In this document: one piece after another, positions 1 to 9,053 of the stretch
Layout: each line of letters begins with the position of its first letter
Numbering within the stretch: position 1 is the first letter of the stretch
Origin: Eledone cirrhosa
Taxonomy: Eukaryota
NCBI GenBank assembly: GCA_964016885.1
Contig: OZ024741.1
Location: forward strand, 66,030,001 to 66,094,000
Length of the DNA: 64,000 nt
Direction of reading: 5' to 3'
The notes under the pieces: generated by a model
Databases searched by the model: none
Told to the model about the DNA's origin: nothing
The model's input: the letters and a program-made list of their open reading frames with translations, nothing else
Position numbers and translations under genes: made by a program

Positions 1-48
1 CTAAAGAAAGACAAATCTAGACATTCATAGTTATCTATGCATGTCTAC

Positions 49-162
<114 letters not shown>

Positions 163-789
163 CATATATAAATATATATGGGTATGCAGTTTAGAATAAG
201 TACACAGTATCCCTGAGTGTCATAAACGACTAAAAGGATTGGTGTCAAGAAGGGCATCCAGCTGTAAAACATTGCCTCAAAAAGTCTCTCTAACTCATGC
301 CAGTATGGGAAAGTCGACAGATAAATGATGATGATGATGATATATATATATACATGTATGTATGTACGTGTGTGTGTGTATATATATATTAAATGTAATT
401 GAGAAAAAAAACCTGTTTATAGGAGTGCATGCCAGATAGACAAAATGTTTAAGTATTAGAGACTAATTAACCTTTAGAAAATATATATAGATAGATAGAT
501 ACTGCAGAAAACCCATTTTCCTATGTGCACAGGATGAAAGAAACATGCAGAGGACACAAGTTTACATTAATCTCCTCCATACCCCTCCCCCCATTCATTC
601 AACTCAGTTTTAATACCCCTCCCCCACTCACCAGCTAAATATCTTACCTTCTCTATATCGATTTTGCTTAAACGTTCCCCCACCAACCCTCACTCTTCAC
701 CCCTGATACACCTCTCCTACACAACCCATGCATACAAGCATGGAAGGCTGAACAGGTTCCATGTCTGATCTCCTACAATGCTGCTGTTA

Positions 790-1250
790 CAACAAAAAAG
801 CACTAAGTCCACCCTGTATACATGAAGAAGAAAAAAAAGCTCCCAGCCCACCCTTTATGGTGTTCATGCTATGGACACAAGAAAAAAGCACCCAATCCAC
901 CTTGTAATGGTGGTCATGCTGGTGTTACAAGAAAAAAAAGCACTTTGTCCACTCTGTGAGGTGGTTGTGCTGGAGACACAACAAAAAGTGCCCAGTCCAC
1001 CCAGTAAGGTGGTTGTGTTGATGACATGATGAAAAAGCACCCAGCCCACCCTATTAGATGGTCATTTTAGTGGCACAATAAAAAGCACCCTGTCAACATT
1101 GTAATGTGGTTGGATTATGAAGCAAGCAATAGAAACCAAGCCAAAATACAGATGTATGAGCAAGATGTGGCCACCTGACCTGATGTGTTTCATAATATGA
1201 CAACACATCTAACTCATGCAAGCATGGAAAAATAGATGTTAAATGATGAT
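790..1250 (+). repeat. Degenerate tandem array (~7 units of ~47 bp) of the RTE 3'UTR repeat unit, followed by an RTE-type tail ending in (GAT)n
   Basis: Recurring AAAAAGCAC..GTCCAC.CTGTAA..TGGT units, then the same tail as the RTE 3' end at 11600-11783. Confidence 0.75.
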
Positions 1251-1251
1251 A

Positions 1252-1300
<49 letters not shown>

Positions 1301-1475
1301 AAAGTAATGAAATGAAAGGAGCTGTGTGGTTACTAAAAACAAGGTTTAGGATGGTGGTTAGGACGGAACAGGAAGAGAGAGGAAGAAAGGAGTTTCCATC
1401 GTCAGCTGTAAATCTATCCCGAACCGATGTTTCGGAGCTGAATTACAGGACATATATAACATCATCATTATCATA

Positions 1476-1632
1476 GACGCCATGCTTTCCAGCATAGTTA
1501 CGTCCCTTTACGATCTGAGTTCAAATCCCGCCGAGGTTGACTTTGCCTTTCATCCTTATGGGGTCGATAAAATAAAGTACCAGTAATACACTGGGTAATT
1601 GCTGGCCTTGTGCCTAAAGTAGAAACAATTAT
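1476..1632 (+). mobile_element. SINE family B, 5'-truncated
   Basis: B-box-like GAGTTCAAATCC, core TTTGCCTTTCATCCTTA.GGGGTCGATAAAATAAAGTACCAG, end GTAGAAACAATTAT; many copies in the window. Confidence 0.8.
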
Positions 1633-1874
1633 CATAGCTGTCATTTTTATGGCTGTTTTTCCCATGCTTGCATGGGTTGGACAGGACCTTTCAGATAGGT
1701 TATTTATGATTGTCTTTCCTGACACCAGCTCATATTTTAATCTATCAATGGTATATGCCACTGACATTCACCAATCCCTTATAGTGCAGATAATAGTGTT
1801 TATGAGGGACATAAACAACTGTCACTACTCAGCACAACATATTACATTAGTAGTGACACATGCATTTGTCACCC

Positions 1875-1953
<79 letters not shown>

Positions 1954-1965
1954 TTTGTTTGTGTG

Positions 1966-2006
1966 CATGTTCTGGCAGTCTTGCTGCACACATGCACACA
2001 AACAAA

Positions 2007-2083
<77 letters not shown>

Positions 2084-2121
2084 GTTTGTGTGCATGTGTG
2101 CAGCAAGACTGCCAGAACATG
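1966..2121. repeat. Palindrome (inverted duplication) centred on (AT)n, with a third partial direct copy at 1940-1970
   Basis: CATGTTCTGGCAGTCTTGCTGCACACATGCACACAAACAAAA is the exact reverse complement of TTTTGTTTGTGTGCATGTGTGCAGCAAGACTGCCAGAACATG. Confidence 0.9.
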
Positions 2122-2152
2122 AATTTCCCTGTGTACGAATCATTATCTATAT

Positions 2153-2335
2153 ATTGGCAGTATCGGTAGAGGGTCGAACGCCATGCTTTGACGCATAGAG
2201 TTACGGCCCTTGCCATTCTGAGTTCAAATCCCGCCGAGGTTAACTTTGCCTTTCATCCTTACGGGGTCGATAAAATAAAGTACCAGTAATACACTGGATA
2301 ATTGATGGCCTTGTGCCAAAAGTAGAAACAATTAT
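2153..2335 (+). mobile_element. tRNA-derived SINE family B
   Basis: A-box-like TGGCAGTATCGG, B-box GAGTTCAAATCC, conserved core, (ATT) tail. Confidence 0.8.
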
Positions 2336-2502
2336 ATATATATAGCAACAAGGGTTATATGGTTATATTATATATATATATATATATAAATAAAGTATTT
2401 CCGTCGGAAAGTTACAGCAAAAAAGAGTGCTCTATGTAGGCTACAGAGCTTATTAATTATGTAATAAACAACATATATAATTATCTTATGTTGTTTATTA
2501 CA

Positions 2503-2584
<82 letters not shown>

Positions 2585-2765
2585 ACCCTTGTTAGCAGAG
2601 AAAGCAGACGTTTAAATGACAAAGATATATATCATCATCGTTTAATGTCTATTTTCCACACTAGCATGGATTAGATGGGTCTGTCCCATTAGAGACAAGT
2701 TGGGTCGGGTGACCGTGTCTTGCTCATATAGGACTGTTTCTGGCTGGTTTTCTATGGCTGGATGC

Positions 2766-2828
<63 letters not shown>

Positions 2829-2874
2829 TAAAATGTGGAGAAGGAGCACACGAGTTGGAATATATATATATACA

Positions 2875-3985
2875 TGAAAATAGGGAGAAAAAGAGGATTA
2901 TTAGGAAGAAAAATTTTTTTTTTTTCCTTTTATTTTTTCTCTTTTTTCTGGGTTAGAAAATGTTTAAAACAAAATATTTTACTTTGTGTGAAGTGGTCAC
3001 CATTTGCCTCCATTATGAACCAACCAAGCTCTCTTCCCATAATAACACATTTTGAACTGCTTATCCTCAAGAACTATGCCTGTAAATAATATTATTCTTT
3101 CTTTTCCATTACCTTTTGTTTTTCTTTTTTCTTTTTACTTCAAAAACCTTGTTTGTAAATAATATTATTCTTTCTTTCCCATTTCCTTAACATTATTTTC
3201 TCATTATTTTATACCAATACAAATTCCCCCCCTTTGATAATGCATAAAATGCTGAAACCGGTAATAGACAATTATTAAATATTAGCAGAAAAACCACCCT
3301 TCAGGTGGTTTTCTGCTAGCATGTGTAGTGTGTATATTGATATTATACGCAAGTATATATACATGTAGATATGATACATCAAATAAAATCGTAATTGACA
3401 ATATACACAGAAATTGAACGAAGACTGTGTTACACTGTCTTATGTAATCAGTATCGTAATCCATGATACATTAAAAAAGACGATATTATATATAAACTGC
3501 ATTAGGAGAAAATTAGTATGTTTATTTAAGTGATCGCCACCGGAAGTGTTGACATCACACACTCTCTCTTTCTATATATATGGTAGTTGAAGTGGTGGTG
3601 GTGGCAACGATATACTGGAAGCGCAACTTCGAAAAGAAGTCAATTTTAAATTATTTATTTTTACGAAATTATTTTTGTTTACGAAATTTAGTAGATAAAT
3701 TATGTAATATTCATTCATTAGTTATTCAAAGTAATCCAACTTATTTTACTAACGGGATAAAAAAAAAACCGTACACACTCCCGCAGATCTTCCTTTATTA
3801 TAGTTTAGATATAAATAAATAAATGCCATTGTTAATTAATAAATAAATTAACTAATACCTTAACACTTCACACAAAGTAAAATATTTTGTTTTAAACATT
3901 TTCTAACCCAGAAAAAAAAAAAAAAAATAAAAGGACAAAAAAAAATATTTCTCTTCCTAATAATCGTCTCTTTCTCCCTATTTTC

Positions 3986-3987
<2 letters not shown>
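2875..3987. mobile_element. Element with ~120-bp imperfect inverted ends between (TA)n tracts, containing a hammerhead-like motif; Penelope-like remnant or MITE
   Basis: 2875-2995 is the reverse complement of 3864-3987; internal TTGATAA-TGCATAAAATGCT-GAAA-CCGG-TA at 3234-3263 and a hairpin at 3283-3319. Confidence 0.6.
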
Positions 3988-4082
<95 letters not shown>

Positions 4083-4280
4083 ATGACACCAACAAATTGC
4101 ACACTATGGTCTTAGATAAGCAAAACTCAGATAATATTGTCCATGATATACATGGCCTGAAAAAAATGATGTAATACCTTTGATAACAGAGACACTCAAT
4201 CAGGCTGACCTGACAAACAACAACACCACCACCATTTTCTATTTGTGTGTGTGCTTATATATATATGTGTGTGTGTGTGC

Positions 4281-4311
<31 letters not shown>

Positions 4312-4318
<7 letters not shown>

Positions 4319-4580
4319 ATACTTTGGGAGGGTCATGTTGCCAATAAGAAACACACGCACCAGTTGCTTTCACTTCAATTTATTATAATAAATTTATAAA
4401 TTTAGGAACCAACCGGAAATTTATAAATTCCTAAATTTATAAATTTATTATAATAAATTGAAGTGAAAGCAACTGGTGCGTGTGTTTCTTATTGGCAACA
4501 TGACCCTCCCAAAGTATAACAATATCGGTTTCAACACACGTTTTCAGATAAAGAATCTTGCTAAACAAATTCAGAAACGA
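4312..4580. mobile_element. Fold-back element: ~97-bp inverted arms plus a ~55-bp tail, inserted in (TA)n
   Basis: 4312-4408 is the reverse complement of 4428-4525; tail 4526-4580; related copy at 51001-51300. Confidence 0.75.
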
Positions 4581-4594
4581 TATATAGATATATA

Positions 4595-4610
<16 letters not shown>

Positions 4611-4634
<24 letters not shown>

Positions 4635-5320
4635 AATTATTGTGTAAAGTGCTCAGGTGCACTACAACTCGTCAATATAGTACATAGAATAATACACAAA
4701 TGTCAGGGAAGTACATGTGTGTATGTGTTAGCTGTTCTGTTGGCGGATCTCGGGAAGCATGGAGGCCTTAAAGGATGCAGTGTCTCGACAGCTAACAACT
4801 GATGCAGGTAGTTTGTTCCATGCTTCAGCAACTCTGAGCGTGAAAAAATGTTTCCGAAAGTCATGGGAACTGTGCTGTTTTCTTACTTTGTGGGCATGTC
4901 CACATGTGTTAGACACATGGAAATCGAAAAGGTACTCAGGGTTGTTGTTGGCAACATGGTTAACAATTTTGTGGGTGTTTACCAAGTCAGTTGCCAGGCG
5001 TCGGAGCTTCAATGAATCCATGCCCAGGGAAGCAAGGCGCTCAGAGTATGGTAGATGCCTGATGGAGGGTATTCGCTTGGTTGCACGTCTCTGAACAGTT
5101 TCCAGGCAGTCAATATCCTGAGCAAGATAGGGGTTCCAGACTGGTGATGCAAATTCTAAGTGTGGTCGCACCATAGCTGTATACAGCCTTAAATAGATAT
5201 CTGGAGAGCGGCTGACAAAGGTCTTGCTGAGTGATGCTAAGACACCCTCGGCCCTCTTGACAATTTTAGAGACGTGCCTCGTCCAACGTAAATCGCTGCT
5301 GACCGTAATGCCCAGGTCAC
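4611..5320 (-). mobile_element. CR1-group (CR1/L2/Crack-like) LINE, 5'-truncated 3' end
   Basis: ORF 4728-5174 VRPHLEFASPVWNPY..LETVQRRATK typical of the C-terminal part of CR1-group ORF2; (ATT)n tail; near-identical to 5960-6661. Confidence 0.9.
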
Positions 5321-5442
5321 ATGTTACAAAGAAGAAATTAATTTACAAAGCAAGTCCCAACCACTGCAAAACACCATAGCAATGCATCACTCCCATTTGG
5401 CAGTTTATATTCTGTGTCTGAGGTGGTAAATTGGCAGAGTTG

Positions 5443-6661
5443 TTAGATGGCGGCTCATGGGTGGATGTTGTTTACCTTGACTTTGCGAAGGCCTTCAATT
5501 CTGTGCCACACAAAAGGCTTATGGCAAAACTCTCTGCAATGGGTGTGAAGGATGATCTTTTTAACTGGTTGAAGTCCTTCATTCTCAGTCGAAGAGAGGT
5601 AGTCACGGTTCTGGGACAGCATTCCTCACCATATGAGATGTCATCTGGTGTACCTCAGGGATCTGTTCTTGGCCCCCTTTTGTTTGTGGCATATATTAAT
5701 GACATAGATGCCAACTTAAGGAATGCCACAGTACTAAAGTACGCAGACGACATCAAGCTGTACCTTGAGATAAAAAGGACAGATCCTGAACACTATAGAT
5801 CTTGCTTGCAGTCTGACCTGGACACAATGCAACAGTGGATCTCAGACTGGCAACTCAAGCTAGCTGTGGACAAGTGCACCACCATGCATTTTGGGAGTAA
5901 AAACCCAGCGTCCACATACTCCCTCCACAGCACTAATATCAAGAAGTCTTCCTGTGAACGTGACCTGGGCATTACGGCCAGCAGCGATTTGCGTTGGACG
6001 AGGCACGTCTCTAAAATTGTCAAGAGGGCCGAGGGTGTCTTAGCATCACTCAGCAAGACCTTGTCAGCCGCTCTCCAGATATCTATTTAAGGCTGTATAC
6101 AGCTATGGTGCGACCACACTTAGAATTTGCATCACCAGTCTGGAACCCCTATCTTGCTCAGGACATTGACCGCCTGGAAACTGTTCAGAGACGTGCAACC
6201 AAGCGAATACCCTCCATCAGGCATCTACCATACTCTGAGCGCCTTGCTTCCCTGGGCATGGATTCATTGAAGCTCCGACGCCTGGCAACTGACTTGGTAA
6301 ACACCCACAAAATTGTTAACCATGTTGCCAACAACAGCCCTGAGTGCTTTTTCGATTTCCATGTGTCTAACACACGTGGACATGCCCACAAAGTAAGAAA
6401 ACAGCACAGTTCCCATGACTTTCGGAAACATTTTTTCACGCTCAGAGTTGCTGAAGCATGGAACAAACTACCTGCATCAGTTGTTAGCTGTCGAGACACT
6501 GCATCCTTTAAGGCCTCCATGCTTCCCGAGATCCGCCAACACTACAGCTAACACATACAAACATGTACTTCCCTGATATTTGTGTATTATTCTATGTACT
6601 ATATTGACGAGTTGTAGTGCACCTGAGCACTTTACACAATAATTTCATTATTATTATTATT
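5443..6661 (+). mobile_element. CR1-group LINE, 5'-truncated, RT pseudogene with a 1-bp frameshift near 6061, inserted into a SINE
   Basis: RT motifs YLDFAKAF, GVPQGSVLGPLLF, YADD; ACCTTGTC here vs ACCTTTGTC in the inverted copy; (TTA)n tail; SINE head at ~5420-5446 resumes at ~6662-6800. Confidence 0.9.
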
Positions 6662-7195
6662 TAATTTCAGATAGATTATTTTATGGTATTCATTCCGGCT
6701 CTCTACTCCCTGAGTTCAAATCTCGCTGAGGTCAGCTTCGCCTTTCATCCTTTTGAGGTCAATAAAAAAAGTACCAATCTAGTACTAGGGTGGATTCTTC
6801 CTCTATATCTTTTTCTCATTTCGCCCCTCTCACTTTCTATCATTCTTTGGAAGAAATCTGCTGTACTCAGGCCTGGAGATGGATGGGATTTGCCAGGCTT
6901 AATATGTCCAAGAACCCCTGTATGTCAATACAGCCCCTCTATGTATCAGGAGTTACCGCACCATACATACATTCTGTGTCTGTCAGTCATTCAGCATACA
7001 AGGATGTGGAGGAAGAGCCAGCCTAAGAACACCCGGCACTGAACATTCGAAAAGGACCTAAGACACACAGGAATCAGTTGGACAAACTGGAGAACTGCAG
7101 ATCAACAATTCTAGCAGAAGCTTGTTGCCTTGTGTGTCTCAGAGCACAGAAAGACACAAATCTAAGATTAAGAGCAACCCATATAATTACCTTAA

Positions 7196-7415
7196 CATTT
7201 TAGCATTTAAACTGGTTGTATTTGGCCAGAATTCTCTCACCTCTTTCTGTTCAAACTGGTCATAACTGACCACTCATACTGATTTTAAGGTATTGTTCTC
7301 AAAATAAATAATATCAAAATCTCATAGATTCGATATTATGTGAGATAATTATGTGAGGTAAAGCCTTTACCATGAAAAATGATAGCAAATATAGAGTAAT
7401 GTAAATGCTAAAGGG
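7196..7415 (-). mobile_element. piggyBac-type MITE family 1
   Basis: TTAA on both flanks; ends C(C/A)TTTAGCATTTA...TAAATGCTAAAGGG; ten copies in the window. Confidence 0.8.
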
Positions 7416-7518
7416 TTAAGGAAGTTCTCATCTGTTTCACACATCTGAAGAGCCCTGTTAGCAGGGAAAATGAATGTAAAATAATGATGATGATGATACA
7501 TTTAAACAAATATCTGCA

Positions 7519-7712
7519 GGTCAGCTGAAAAGTTCATAGGCTGACTATGAAGGATTGATGCTAGAGCCGTGAAATCTTGCATGCATTAATTTCAACTTTT
7601 CTTATTAAATAAATACATTGTTTCTTTCCAGGTACTATGTTGAAAAATAAACCTTATTTGGTCATTCCATGAGAGTATCTAGGTCAACCTATGAACTTTT
7701 CAGCTGACCCCC
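7519..7712. mobile_element. Mariner-type MITE
   Basis: TIRs GGTCAGCTGAAAAGTTCATAGG / CCTATGAACTTTTCAGCTGACC; a solo left end TACGAGGGTTGGCTGAAAAGTTCATAGG lies at ~43610. Confidence 0.75.
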
Positions 7713-7792
7713 CCCATACCCACATACATACACACACACACACTAATACACATATATCCATAGCAACACCAAATAGATAGATGTGTGTCAAC

Positions 7793-7856
<64 letters not shown>

Positions 7857-8383
7857 TATGTTCACAATAAAACAATAACTGAGTAGACAGCACAATAACC
7901 AAGGCAGAAAGTTAATGTCCTTGTAATGAAATCAATAGTAATATTGGTGTTCACAATGCTGGAACATTTAAGTCAGTTGTGGTTAAATAATGTACTTGGT
8001 GTTAGGCTATAATGTCTATAAGATATAGAGGGACACTAACATTGACATATATAACAACAATACACATAATACACATACTCACAGATGATGGATGGATAGA
8101 TAGATTGATTGATCAATACAATGGGTGAAAGGATAGTTGTATACATACACAAACACACACAAACACACACACATGGAAAATAAGAAGACAGAGGCATCTG
8201 CAAGGAATTGATCCCTGGGATGCTAAGCAAATGTGTTAACCACTACACTAAAGAGCTGCTGACCAACAAATCTGTCTTTTTAGAAGATTTTAAGCCTGTA
8301 GCTAGAAATGTAAACAAACTGGTTGACTTTAAAAGCATCTTTTCCATCTCCAGGGGTACTTTATTCAATGTTTCTCATCTATT

Positions 8384-8628
8384 ATAATAATAATGAAAAT
8401 ATTGTGTACAGTGCTCAGGTGCACTACAACTCATCAAAAGTGTATGTATAGTACATAGGGTAATGTACGTCAGGAAAATGAAGAGTGCATGAGTCATGAT
8501 ATACACATGTGTGCATGTGTCTGGAAGGGGGACATCAGGTGTAGTTTTGGCAAATTTCAGGAAGCATGAGGGTTTTAAAGGATGCAGTGTCTCGGCAGCT
8601 AACAACTGACGCAGGCAGTTTGTTCCAT
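8384..8628 (-). mobile_element. CR1-group LINE 3' fragment (related fragments at ~15945, 33105-33330, 47055-47165)
   Basis: Matches the 3' end of 4611-4820 (TGCTCAGGTGCACTACAACTC; GCAGGCAGTTTGTTCCAT). Confidence 0.8.
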
Positions 8629-8787
8629 TAAATGATGGTGATGTTCATGTTGATATTGTTTATAACGATTGACTATTATTATGATCATTTACATTGGGGC
8701 GCACACATTGGGACACACGCATAAACAAAGTCAGCTGTACCCTATTAGCTTACAGGCTTAAAATCTAAATCAACGGAATTGGTAGCC

Positions 8788-8866
8788 AGTGGCTCATTAT
8801 CATAGTGGTTAATACACTTATAGGGCATCTGAGAGATGCAGGGTTCGATTCCTTGCAGGCATCTCT
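8788..8866 (+). other. Degenerate tRNA-like sequence or SINE head
   Basis: A-box-like TCATAGTGG and B-box GGTTCGATTCC at tRNA-like spacing; stems imperfect. Confidence 0.45.
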
Positions 8867-9053
8867 ATCCATTTTTCCCCATCTCCTGGAGTACTTCACC
8901 TGATTTTCTTAACTAATATTTATAGTGATCGACTGTTATTATGGTCATTTGTGTTGGGGTGGACATATCAAACTATATATACAGGGTGTGGACGATATTT
9001 GTTCGCAATTTTCAACTGCTAATTTTATGCAAATCTTTTTTACTTCCATTGTC

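Noticed and set aside
1243-4102. Numerous YIYI/CVCV/HTHT ORFs here and across the window
   Set aside because: Translations of (TA)n and (CA)n microsatellites.
7442-7500. CTGAAGA-GCCCTG-TTAG-CAGGG-AAAA hammerhead-like motif
   Set aside because: The hairpin is the degenerate RTE/SINE tail stem-loop before (GAT)n; no stem I or III.
8941-9053. N-terminus of the 846-aa ORF as a genuine RTE start
   Set aside because: It runs through flank and mariner TIR; RTE homology begins only at SQLDFIL.
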